From Callorhinchus milii (lineage: Eukaryota): a stretch of 64,000 bases of DNA. Shown piece after piece: positions 13,217-25,670 of this stretch. The stretch is taken from contig NW_024704742.1 in assembly GCF_018977255.1 (NCBI RefSeq), positions 6,140,001 to 6,204,000 of the forward strand. Direction: 5' to 3'. Made by a program: the position numbers and the translations under genes. Every line of letters starts with the position of its first letter. Position 1 is the first letter of the stretch. The notes under the pieces were generated by a model that was given only the letters and a program-made list of their open reading frames with translations, was not told the origin of the DNA and did no database searches.

Positions 13217-13532
13217 CAGAGCCAGATTAAGAGTTAAGAGGTATTGGGGCCCTGGGGCATCGAGAACATTCAGAGCCCCTCTCCCTGTCTTGAGTTCAGC
13301 AACAAACTGAGCAAGAACAATAAAATTCTAAAACAGATACACCGATCAGAGAAATAAATACAGCCATTAATCCAACAGGCTTCTCCTGTACTTCCAGCAT
13401 CAGCAATTGTAGTGAGTTCAGTTTTTTTTATATACGTCCCTGGATATAATTTGTAAATACCGTAGGCCCTTGCCGGGGCCCCATATTTGGCCCTTGGTCA
13501 CGGGCCTCATAGGGTGTGTTAATCCACCCCTG
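13217..13532. mobile_element. hAT-like non-autonomous DNA transposon (MITE) inserted in an L2 3' end
   Basis: Imperfect TIRs cagagccagattaa (13217-30) / ttaatccacccctg (13519-32), 10/14 complementary. Degenerate 8-bp TSD ctcggagg / ctccgagc. Subterminal ggggccc motifs. Confidence 0.7.
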
Positions 13533-14044
13533 CTCCGAGCGCTGCGCAGTAGACATGGTCAAAGAGGTAGGTGTTCAGCTTAGATTTAAAGATGGAAAAA
13601 GTGGGGGGGGCAAGACAGAGGGATTGAGGCAGGAGGTTGGTGGGGGTTATTATCAAACTGTTCTTGTGATCTCAGGGAATAGGGCAAGCGTTTAGTTTCT
13701 GTCTGCTGGGATAGAGAGAGGAAAGGACAATAATAATAATAATAATAATAATAATAATCCCTGCAGTTGATCTCTTCATTGAGACGTCTCAAAGTGCTTC
13801 ACAGAATATACCGTAAAGTGAATTGATTGTATATTTTGTGGGCGAAATGCAGAAGTCGCAGTTGGAGACTAAGTAAGCTCTTATACATATATTCTTCAAC
13901 TTGAGCCCAGTGTTGAAAGAAAAGCCATCATCTCATCAGCTCTGCGTCAACCTCAGGTCCACCCAGCCAGGCATAGCGAATGAGCTCCTCATCCCATTTG
14001 TGTTGTAAACTAATTGTTTTAACTAGAAATGTTATAAACTAGAG

Positions 14045-14515
14045 ACGTCGCACAAGTTTCCTTGCTCCGCACCCCTCTGATGACCCAGCAGTAACTAGGA
14101 ACCCAGTTGTCGGGTCGATTGACTGATCGCTTTTCCGGGGATAACAATTCCTTCAAGAACAGTAATAGTCATTTGGTCACTCAATCCGCGACTGTTTGTG
14201 GGATGCTGCTGTGTGCAATTGGCTGTCACGTTTTGCCCACAAAGTATACAGTGAATTCACTTTACAGTTTTTTCTGTGCAGCGCTTTGAGACACAGGAAC
14301 AAAGGAACAGGAGGAGGCCATTCAGCCCTTCGAGCCTGTTTGGCCATTTAATTAGATCATGGCCCTCAACTAATCTTTCAATTTCAATTCCCCGCTTTCT
14401 CCCCATATCCCTTAATACCCTGACCTACCAGAAATCTATCAACCTACTACCGAGACATCTCGAAGATATGATTAAGCGCTATATCAAAGGCAAAGATTAT
14501 TATTATTATTATTAT
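14045..14515 (+). mobile_element. 5'-truncated young SINE interrupted by a CR1 tail
   Basis: Body 'caagtttccttgctccgcac...ggtcactcaatccgcgactg' resumes after 14451 with 'gagacatctcgaag...gattattattatt'. Confidence 0.85.
14294..14451 (-). mobile_element. CR1 3' UTR fragment with 6-bp TSD (gagaca)
   Basis: 'ggaacaggaggaggccattcagcccttcgagcctgtt...tagatcatggc' is the reverse complement of the CR1 tails at 27745-27886 and 45950-46082. gagaca occurs at 14288-93 and 14452-57. Confidence 0.85.
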
Positions 14516-17500
14516 TCAGCGTTGTCACAAAGCGTGTTCTAACAGGGCTGCACCGTGTACGTTACCAGTTACCTACACCAATATTCTTAGGGCAGTTTAA
14601 CAAACATTGAACCAGCCCAGTGGTCTGTCAGCACATCCTCGAAACTGATTTCTTTTTTAGAACCGAGACTATCCCACGCGGAGATCAGAGCAACTGATTA
14701 ACTGCAGCCGTTCATCTCACTGCGGTTTGTGGGACGTTGCTTGCGCGGCTTCGCTCTAGCTTTTGCAACAGTCAAAACACTCTTCAAAGTAAGTGAGTTG
14801 TGTAAAGCCCTTTGAGACGTATGTTTGGTGATGTTGCTAAGGACGAGGGAAAGACCACTGAGTATTCATAGCAAGCGGTTGCTTCTACAGCAGTTGTGGT
14901 GTCTGGGGAGAATACAGGACTGTTCTGTATTATTTCCTGGTTTGACAGGGCAAGCGTTGCAGCATTTGTTGTTTTGAATTGTCAACCCTCCCACCCCGCC
15001 CTCCAAACCTCAAAAGTCAAAACACCCCGGATTGGACTGGTGTGCAGAATTCGTCTATGAGTTTCTCTTGACAGCAGTAGGTCGATAGCAGGCTCTTCTT
15101 TTTTCAGCTAAGACTTGGTAGACCGCTATCCACAAACTCAATCACTTTAACGGAATAGGAAGATTTGGGGGCCGGCGGTTGGAATAGTTCGTGGACTTGT
15201 ATGAATTCCTTTTTTAAAAAAAAAGAAATCGGTCACTTCAATCCATGACTGTTTGTGGACGCTGCTGTGTGTTTCTCCCACAAAATGTACAGTTAATTAA
15301 CGTTAGAGTACAGTCTGTGAAGCGCTTTGAGACGTCTCGAAGACGTGATACGGCACTTTATCAAATGCAAGGATTATTATTATTATTATTTTGTTCAGTA
15401 TCCTCCTCATCAATGCTTAACCATTGCCAATTGCAAAGTGATAATCGACTGAAAACTATATTTTTTAAAACCAGCAAGCATTTTTTTCAACTAGTCAATT
15501 ATTTTTCATGCCTTAAATCCTTGTTAGAAGTCATGAGCTCCGGGACACTACCCTGCATGAGGGGCTATATAAGGCTATATAAATGCAAGTTGTTGTTGTA
15601 GAAATCATGTTGCTCTACAGTGCTTCAAATTTGCTGTAACAATGGAGGAATGTATTGGGACTTCCTCCCAACGAGAAAAGCTCTTTACAAACGTAATTTG
15701 TATTGTATTGTATACATTTTCATAATCTTTTATTGAATTCCCCCTTCGTATGTTTAAAGACATTGGCTAAAACTCTGTTGCGCATTAAGCACAAAATGTT
15801 TGTTTGACCAAAATGCCACTAGTTGCCAATATTGGTAAAGACGATAAGAGAAACATTGAACGGTTTTGTCCGGTTGTAAATCGAGCCAGCGATTCATCAA
15901 GTTTTATGCCATTTCTAGCAAAATTACAATCTATCCAAAGTTGACTGCAGTCACAGTTGGGTAAAACTAACACTTCGATCACTTATTCTCTCCCAAGGAG
16001 TGGACAAACTCTGGGCTTAAAGTGTTGTTATCTCTCCTTATCATGCAGAATAAAAGTGTTCTGAAGAAGGTTGGAACCCACAGCTTTATTTCTTCCCAGG
16101 AGCGGCATTCACTCACTGGGTCATATTGGCTTAATCTTAATAAAGATGGACTTTCCATCTCAGATATCAGCCTCTGCTGTGGGTTGTTCAGTTGACCAGG
16201 GCATATTAAGGATCACCCATGGGATATTGTTTGCATCAGCAGCATGCACTACTTACAACGAGATCCAGGCTTGAGGTCACAGTATATTAATAGGCGCTAG
16301 GCAAGAGTTAAACCTGACCCGCCAATGGTGGAACAGTATAGAGTTCAATCCTGGGGTGGCTGTTGGAATGGTTTGGATTGCATTGTGGCCAAAAAAAAGC
16401 AGTGTAAGAAGCATTCAGGATGGAATCGAGATTCCTAAGATTTGCCAGTAACCAGTGTTTGTGTGTGCGTATGTGCATGTGTGTCTGTGCTTGTGTGTTG
16501 GTGCGTGTGTTTGTGAGTGTTGCGGGTTCTTACACAGATTACGTTTTCGAAGATCTGTTCTTTGGTCCTAATCACTCACAAAGTGTATCAAAGGTTTGGT
16601 TTTCTGAAGAACCAGAAATATCAGTGGTTTAGGATTGGGGTTAAACTGGGAGGGGAGAGAAAGCCTTTCGTTATCAGCTTTCAAGCATGTCTTGTCTGCT
16701 TTATAAAATAAAGTACGTGGCTTCTTACCTCGGTCATTTGAAAATGAACGTAAAGCCCAATGCTTTGTCTTTCATTGACTGAAACGTTCTTTTGAATGAA
16801 TTATTCCGTGTAGCCTCTGCTCTGCCCCTGAACTTCCCTGCAACTTAACAATTATCTTTATGCATCTCTCCCCCCAGCCCCCCACCCCTCCTTTTCTTTA
16901 AAAAAACAGTTCTTTGCATACTGAAAGAATTTCTGCAATGCTAGGAATGTAAAATGAGACTTGTTAAGAATTCATTCCTGGTGTGTATTTTAGCTTTGAT
17001 GTAAACGTGGGCATTTTCGTTTGAATGTTCTTGCTAAAGAGGTGTGGAAATGAAAAATCACCTTGTAGCTTTGTTGTTGGAAATGGGTATTGGTGATGTC
17101 ACAACCCGTACTGGAAGCATGGACAGAGAATAGCCTCCAGAATATGCAATACAGCTGTAATCCCACATGACATTGAAAGTGGATTTGAGCAAAAGACTTC
17201 CCGGGGTCTCAAGGCACACAACAGCTCCTGGCCTTGGCTTTGATCTCTTCAAAAGCTGCCTCCTGGATACGGTGAGTTGGCTGCCGTGCGTCGCATGAAA
17301 AGGCAGAGGGTTCCATTCAGCCTGAAATCAATCACTGCACAAAAACAATTACGTGTAATTCAACCAGCATGGAAATGGGCAGAGATTATGGGTTTGTTAC
17401 CTGAGCAACTGTGCGGAGATGGGACGAGCGAACACTAGATTCCTGCTGACACACGGCATCTCAATGGGAATAATAGACACATGAATGATGCGGCAGGGTA

Positions 17501-19084
17501 CGATGACAAATCCTGGTCACGCCATCCAACTGAGCAGAAAATGTGGTTACAATTGGGGATTATGTTTGCATATGTAACCATATTTCAACACGCTGGATCA
17601 CTTCAGTGATCTGATGGAACCTGCATTGGCAAGATTCACCACATAAAAGCTCTCGTTTGAGATCCTCTTTCACCAATTCCCAACGGCTGATAAAAAGAGG
17701 GTTCTTTATTGGTCCAGTGCTCGTAGAGAGGGTCGACAATAAACATGCTGGTTGTGAAATGATTATGAAAAATATGTATTTAAAAAAAAACACGCGCTCT
17801 TTCACAGAAGTCATTCTGAATTTGTAAGGAGGACGAGAAAATTATTTCCCCAGTCTTCACCCATTTCTACTCCGATCGCCTCACCTGTAATCCCACAGCA
17901 TCCCTTTTCCAATGATCCAGTCATTGCCACAATTTCATCAAGTGACGAGTATCTGTAGCTTAGCTTAGAATGCAGAAAAACAGATCTAAAGTGCTGTTAG
18001 ATCTAAGGAACTCCCCAAGATCAATGACTGGGATAACCACAAAAATGAAAGCATCCTCGGCAGTCTGTTGTAGAGTTTAATACGGCATTTAATGGAAAGC
18101 GCAATAAAAAGCTGCTGAGGTTCTAGCCATATAGTTTTTAAAAAACTGCTGTATTTTCTCAATGATTCCAAAGACCATCTGTGCTTCTCAGCAATAATAA
18201 AATAATAAAAATTATATTTATATTTGAAATAGTGCCTTTCTCGTCGGGAAGGCCTCGCAAACACACTTCACAGGATATACTGTAAAGTGGAGTGACTGTA
18301 TCTGGTGGGTGAATGTATAGTACTGTGTCCATAATAGAGTACTGTGGTCCTAATGAGCTCGAAATACGTACATCCTTTGAGGCTGACCTGAGGCAGTATT
18401 TATGGATGTATGTGTGAATGATGTAGTTTCTGTATAGGCACTGAAGTCTAACCTTTTATCTTTTTCTGATCGAAACCAGTGACTATGGTACATGGTCTTC
18501 CTTTACAGGCGATCTTGAGTTATGTTAAGCTCTATTTCATTAATTGTATTTCTACAGTATCGTTATACACCTATGTAGCAGAATTTTCTTTTTTTTTAAA
18601 AAAAAGCATTTTGATAAACCAGGAAATGTTTGTGTATCTTGGCTTCTTTAGTTAGAGCGAAAGGTCCTATTTGAAAAGGGATTATAATTGTTTCTCCCAG
18701 TTTCCTGGCACACGGTCTTCCTGACTGACTGATCATTCGCCTTCTGGCTATTTGTGGGACTTTGCTGTGCGCAAAATGACTTCTGTGTTTGCCTACAAAA
18801 AACAAACGGTCACTACACATGGCAGTAATTACCGTGAAGACATTTTTGAGATGTTTAGATAATGCTATAGATAGCACGAAAATACAAATTCTTTCTTTCT
18901 TATATGAATATCTTATTGGGCCATTTGGGTTGAAGAAGCCTTTGAAGTTAGGATTCTGTTAACGCTTATTATTTGTGTCAAATTTTAGGGGTAAAATATT
19001 ATACTGCACTTTCAGTAGGAAATATTTCAATTGAAAATGCTGCAAAAAAATTATCTTCACTTTAAAACCCTATATGTCAAGTAA

Positions 19085-19435
19085 GTAGCTTAGTGGTTAG
19101 AGAGAGACCTGGGTTTGATTCCCGGCAGGGCGAAATGTTGGGCAAGTTTCCTTACTCCACACGCCTCTGTTTATCTAGCAGTAAGTAGGAACCTGGTTGT
19201 TAGTTGATTGGCAGGTCGCTTTTCTGGGGGTAATAATTCCTTCAAAAAAATAGCAATAATAAATTAGTCACTTCAATCCTCGACTGTTTATGGGACATTG
19301 CTGTGTGCAATTGGCTGCTGAGTTTCGCCCACAAAATATACAGTCAATTCACTTAACAGTATATTCTGTGAAGCGTTTTGAGACGTCTCGAAGACGTGAT
19401 AAGGCGCTATATCAAACGCAAGAATTGTTGTTATT
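19085..19435 (+). mobile_element. Young SINE (CmiSINE-like) with a small head deletion
   Basis: 'gtagcttagtggttagagagagacctgggtttgattcccggcagggcgaaatgttgggcaag...gagacgtctcgaagacgtgataaggcgctatatc'. Confidence 0.9.
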
Positions 19436-22407
19436 AGGTATAACCTTCAAAAAATAGTATCTCCTATTGATTGAGATAATGTCCTACATTCCATGTTTTA
19501 TTCCTTTTTCAGTGTATAAAATGTTTCACTGTATTGTCAGTGCCCAAACCACTTATAAGGTTAATATTATCATCACAAATTTGTCCTGGACTATGTGTTT
19601 GTATGTGAGAGAGAGTGTTCTACTGCAGTAGCTGTTATATTTTATGTTATTGATAAGCAATGCATAACAATAGTAGATGACCTCTTGCAGTGACAAAGCC
19701 TAATGAAAAATAGACTGTGATAAGCAATGCCACGTATGTGTTCGCTGAATTGTTATCTATTGTGATCTTACAAGGATTGGGAGCTGGTTTGTGAGCAACT
19801 GGGGGACTAAACGTAAAACTTTGTTCAATGGAGCTTGACAGAACAAAGCTGAAAGGTAGATTATGTACTAAGAATGCCTTAACCTAAAGAATAATAAATG
19901 TCTGGTGCTCCACTTCTTTTTAAATTCCATTTTTCTCCCATTTTCTTTGTGGGGCTGAAGACACTGAATCAGGGAGACTGGTGGCATCTCATCCAATTGG
20001 TTATTGTCAGTGTGAACATGAACAGTGAGTGTTGGCACTGTTTTCGGGGGAATGACATCTGATCCCGATCCTGCCTTCAAATAATAATAATAATAATCCT
20101 TGCATTTGATACAGCGCCTTATCACCCAGGTCTCTCGCTTGCGAGGTGACTGGATAGTGATCAAGTTCGGGAATCTTGGACAGGCGACCAACCGTGTAAT
20201 AAACTAAGAGTCGAACCTGGGACCTCCCTTTATGCCCAACACTTTATCATGCAGGATGCAGGACATTTACTTGTGAGCAATTATTATGTATTGTATTATA
20301 ACATTGGGTAAAGTTAACTTTTATCTCCTGTTGTTTATCCTGGGATTAACTCACCTGATGAATCACCCCCAGTGACATTTAGAATATCTATTTATATTTT
20401 GATTTATCCTTTTCAGATTGCTCTGACAGACTCATAATATAGCCCATTCAAACTCTGAAGAGATTATCATTGGTTGCTCATAGCCCTCATTTTTGGGGGA
20501 GGTTTTTGAATTGAATAGTAACAGCTGCCTTGCTGACGGGGAGTTTTTTAAAAAAATATTCCTTGAGTGCACTCAGATGAATCCTTCTTTTCCCTATTGC
20601 TTTCCACATGGTGGAGAGGTTTATTATAAAACATGATAGCTTCCACTTTAAGCACTGGGTTTCAATAGCGTGTATAATGTAGAAGAGATTCTTCCGAAAG
20701 GAGAGGGTTAATGACTGAAAAAGGAAAGGATAGGATCAGGGCTCTTATTTGTACAAGATAGAGAGTAATAGCACTTCTATTACTGTATGTGAATTCACTA
20801 TATTGCTCTCAGTGTTGGTAAAGAAGGCATTTTTTCTTTTATCTACGAAACGTACCTTCAGCATGGAGAGTGGAGAATGATGGCTAAAAGGCTGTCAGGT
20901 CTCTGCCTGATGGTCTCTATAGAGGCAGGTAAGCCTTTTATGCTGCTTTAAGGTTAGACATCAGAGACAGGCGAGTCACTTTGAGTTACTGATCTTCAAA
21001 CAATGAGTCAAAACAAAAAATCAATCCGTTCAGTCCCCGGGTGCAGTTATCTGAAGATGAAAGAGAAGGTACAAGAATGGTAAAGCTGATGGAGAAATAG
21101 AGCACGGAAGCCAAGCAAATGCAGAGGGCAAGTGCCAAGCTGAGGCAGCTCTCCAACGAGATCAACAAATGTAATCTTATCAGAAAAGCACAAGGTTTTT
21201 CCAAATCTCCCTGTTTCGAATTTGCTTGTTGCATAATGATTCAGGGGTAGATTTTTATTTCTTACTCCCCCTGTAATAGGACTGCAACAACAAGTAACAA
21301 CAGATTACATTTGTATAGCGCCTTTCGCATCAGGAGAGCGTCCCAAGGCGCTGAAAGCCCGGTCGTCCTGAGTTACAGGAATGCTGCTGAATGAATCTAC
21401 ATCAATTCCACGTACACAGTGCACTCACAGTGTACTCGGTCCTGATGGAAAGCATAAACCATGCCTCGATGCATGCAAAATTTGCTTGTTTCATTGTAAC
21501 TGATCCTACTGTTAAGCCTGGTCTGGTTAGGTACACTTGTGTTTAGTCAACCCTTTGGGACCAGGCAATGTGCCCTCATATCATAATAATAACAATAACC
21601 CTTGCATTTGATATTGTGCCTTATCACGTCTTCAAGATGTCTCAAAGCGCTTCACAGAATGTACCGTAAAGTGAACTGACTGTATATTTTGTGGCCAAAA
21701 CGCGGCAGCCAATTGCGCACAGCAGCGTCCCCGCAAACAGTCGTGGATTGAAACGACCAATTTTTACATTTTTTTTGCAGGAATTATTACATATCAGTGA
21801 TGCGCTCTTTTGCGCAGAATGCGAAGCGGGGTTTCACAAGGCAACTGCACGCAACTTACTCTGTCAATTGTCCCCAAAACGGAGAGGCATCTTTTGGGTA
21901 GATTTCTAGTGTAGAGAAAGCCCATTTTTGATTTCTTTATGTTTGAAAATTCACGGAGGAGGCCAACAATGGAAGTTTGAGTGTGCGTGTTTTGCAAGGG
22001 ATGCCTGAGCAAAAAGGGACTGATTGCCAAATGTCGTTGTGTCTTCCTGTTTCCTACCCATTATTAAATCACCTGTCAGACTTCAAAGCAATCGGGGAGT
22101 TCATGAGTACACTATAAAGAATGCCAGAAAGAGCAGAAATGTCCAGAAAATTATTTCACATCAGGACTATATCTTCTGCGGTTTCCAGTGATCTGAGAGC
22201 ACACTTTACATGAGTTACTGCAACCTATTGTATTTTGTCGGTGGATTAGTTACTTGTTAATTCGTTCTGATTTGCTAAATCCATCAGTCTTGTTTTTTTG
22301 TTTAATTCAACTTGTTTTGTGAGAAATTTCAATTGTACCTTCAGCCTTGTTGTTCAGCAGAAGTTTCCTGCATAAATATTTGTAATTGAGTAAGCGGTGA
22401 TAGCGAC

Positions 22408-22800
22408 CACAACAACCTGTGTTTATTTAGTGCCCTTGCTGCTGGGTAACCTCTTGGGCCGCTGGACAGTGGCTGAGCTTCACACTGAGCCAGAGAGAGG
22501 TGGGATGTGACCTTAGATGTGACCGAAGTGGAAGGTCTTGAGGCGCGATCTGAAGATGGGCAAGAGGGGACAAGGAGGCGAGGGACTGAGGCAGTGAGCA
22601 TCATAGTTTGGGGATGTGGTGGCTGAAAACACGGCCAACGATGGTGGAACGGAGGGAACAAGGGCCGTGCAGGAGGACAGAACCAGCTAAGTGAAAAGGG
22701 CAGGTTGAGGAGGTGGGTTGTAGGCAGGTTGGAGAGGTAGGGAGGTGCCGGGGGGTGATGTGATTTGTACACAAGTATGAGGATCTTGATATCGACTTCA
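22408..22800 (-). mobile_element. L2 LINE 3' end (ORF2 C-terminus plus 3' UTR)
   Basis: Minus-strand ORFs read KILILVYKSHHPPAPPYLSNL and RSTIVGRVFSHHIPKL, matching L2 RT C-terminal motifs. Ends at 'cacaacaac'. Confidence 0.8.
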
Positions 22801-22959
22801 CACAAGCCCAACATTCATTTCCAGTATAATCGGCACTAACGTTTGTCCTCGAGACAGTGGAAGATCATTTGCAACCCGATGGATTTTACTGCTGCCTTTC
22901 TGAAGCCTGGCAAATACCGGTGTCCGAGTGAACTAACAAATTCCCGTGTCAGAGTAGTC

Positions 22960-23112
22960 CGTGCACATGTGTGTCCATGTACATGTATGTTTGTGCATGC
23001 GTGCATATGTCGGGAGCATGTGTGGCTGCAGATTTGTATCTGCGCGTATATTTGCATCCGTCCACTTACGCGTGTATGTGTATACGTGTGTAGGTATGTC
23101 TTTGTGTGCACG
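22960..23112. repeat. Degenerate (TG/TA)n alternating purine-pyrimidine tract
   Basis: Direct reading. Similar tracts lie at about 16455-16515 and 46420-46540. Confidence 0.75.
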
Positions 23113-23872
23113 AGGTGATTGGGTGGATAGATTTTATCTGCAGTGGACAATTAAAACGAAACAAGCGCTGAGTCTCGATGTCTTATTGAGCCACTGAAGT
23201 GGACTCAGGCTCCCAGATGGTTTTGTTTAGTGTATAAATTAAGTTGATTAAGTGCCAGTAGGTTTGTTCATTTCAACAAAGTTGCATTGCTTTCCTCTCC
23301 TCGGCAATGCGGAGTGTTAATAGTAGCTGCAGGGCAATCAAGTAAGTGACTTCTGCTCTCACTTTTCAAACGTAAAACATAACCCCAACATGATTCCCAG
23401 TTGCGATTTACAGCAGGTTTGGTGCCGAGGGCAATATTTTCACTCTTTTTACCAACAACAGTGCAGATAAATTGGCCTCCACTTTTATAAAACGCCCTTC
23501 AGTCCAGAAGAGCCTGAGATTTGTTGCGAAGCTTCTGTTTGAATTCGCACAAATCTTGACTATTGAAAAGACCGCGGTTGCACATGTGATTTGCTAATAT
23601 CTCGGAATATACTGAAATTCGTTCCCTTTTTAACAAACGGAGTGTTTTGTTTCCCCAGTAGCGACCGTACACCATTGGAACTTCAGTGCGATGTTGTGAT
23701 GTGTTAATTCACACCTATGTGCTAATTAACACTAGTAGTCAATTTAATGATCTTATGATATTTAACATACCAGCTGGTCCCCAGGTGTGTAGACTTCCTG
23801 CTCCCCTTCCCGACACCCTTTTCATTGGTTGCATCTAAGTTGTCGCCCTCAATCAGCATTTGACTTGCATAG

Positions 23873-24295
23873 GTGTCATCCTGGTTCAGTTGGTAGCATT
23901 CTCGCCGCTTGAGACGGAAGTTTGTGGGTTCAAGCCCCGCATTGCGGCTGACACTCAGGCTGACACTGCATCGGAGTGCTGGGGATGTGCTGAATTGTCG
24001 GAGGAGTCGTCCTTCGGATAAAATGTTAAACCAACGCCTTGTCTGCCCGTTTGGGTGGACGTTAAAAATCCAATGGCAGTCTTCGAAAAGTGAAGTGACT
24101 TTCTCCTGGTGTCCTAACCGACAATACCCAAAATAAACCCGGTGCGGTCACTCACTTAATGGCTGTTTGTGGGCTGCACGCGACTGGGCTATCGTTTTCA
24201 CCCACAAATACGCAGTCTCTCCACTTCGCAGTATAATCCTGTGAAGGACATCTGACCAGAAAGATACGGCGCCAAAATGCAAAGATTATTATTGT
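23873..24295 (+). mobile_element. Full-length SacSINE1-like Deu SINE
   Basis: 'gtgtcatcctggttcagttggtagcattctcgcc...gggttcaagccc', core 'ggtggacgttaaaaatccaatggca', tail 'aatgcaaagattattatt'. Confidence 0.8.
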
Positions 24296-24984
24296 GGTTT
24301 GGGAATTAGCGGCGTACCTGTTTACCTAAACCAAAACATCGCAGAGTAAAGACAGTATCCCATGAACCAACAGGGTCTGGGAAGGCATATAATAATCACA
24401 GTAGTGAACGACTAATTTTATCTGGGGGTTCGTTGGTCAGTGTACACGTGATCTCTGACGTAAACGGCCATTGTTCATGCGTGAGCCTGGATGGTAACGG
24501 TTTTTGGCAGGGAATTCGACCACCGAGGGCAAGAAACCACACATTTGCGCGTACGCCCTTTCCTTCGCGCTTCAACTTTCTGTCCTCTCTGCCCTGTCTG
24601 AGATCATCGAATGCAGCCAGATCTTGATTGCGCTGTGTACACATGCATCCGCTTTTATGTATGATTAAGAGACCAAAACATTAGTTACTTAACGCAGAGT
24701 GGAACATTTCGTTTGACCTCTGGTGGTTTAGCGGGCGCTGACAATTTGTTCTCGCTTTTTTAAAAAAGAAAAAAAAGAAATTCCTTGCCTTTTTTACCTA
24801 ATGCCATTCTTGTCGGGAGGGCGTCTCACAGACCTTCAAAAGATTTCCTGTCGAGTGCAGTGACTGTGTATTTGGCAGGCGAAAGTGGTAGCCAACTCAG
24901 CCAAGCTGCAAAATTATCAAATGATAAATTGATCAATTCCTAATAGACTCCCCCACCCCCGCCCCCCCCCCCCCCCCACCACCT

Positions 24985-25230
24985 CTAGCGAGCTGCAGGT
25001 TATCCAGAACTACGCAGCTCGTGTCCTCTCCTGCATCAGGCCCAGTGATCCCATCCCCCCACCCCCCACTCCCCATCCTCTGCTGAAGCGTTCTGGGGCG
25101 CTACCCCGTGAGAAGGGCGCTGAAATAAAAGCAAGTTGTTGTTGTTGTTATGCTCACTCGGCTCCACTGGCTCCCCATCCCACAATGGATTCAATTAACC
25201 GATCTTTGTTCTCACCTTTAAATCCCTCTC
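24985..25230 (+). mobile_element. L2 ORF2 fragment split by a second L2 3' tail (about 25060-25149)
   Basis: LQVIQNYAARVLSCIRPSDPIPP (24993-25060) continues as MLTRLHWLPIPQWIQ (25150 onward) across an inserted 'gaagcgttctggggcgc...gggcgctgaaataaaagcaag(ttg)n' tail. Confidence 0.75.
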
Positions 25231-25609
25231 GCCAGTTCAGCTCCAAGGAGACCTCGTTTAATTCAGAGGCGAAAGTGTTACCTACCCACTGAGCTGACGC
25301 CTGTGCAATGCATTCCTTAATACAAAATTTAATTTATCCCCCTGGCTTTAACCGGTCAGTTCAATATCTTGAAGAACTAAATACGATAAGACTCCAAGAG
25401 TGAATGATGGGATGGTGAAATCACTGTAATCTGTTTGGAGAAACAGTTCTACAATCGTTTGCGGATCTTCATACTGAGGCCCTTCACAACATCCTGCCAT
25501 GTTGTGTTTTGAGTGTAAACCCACTGCATAGAGTGAAAATTGCTGTAACCGCAACAGTCTTAAATGCACTTAAATAGGAAAAAAACATACTGGATGTGAT
25601 AATTTATCA

Positions 25610-25670
25610 TATCTAATATATAATTATCTATAAATATGTTATATATTATATATATATATATATATATAAT
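25610..25670. repeat. (TA)n / AT-rich low-complexity tract
   Basis: Direct reading. Confidence 0.9.
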
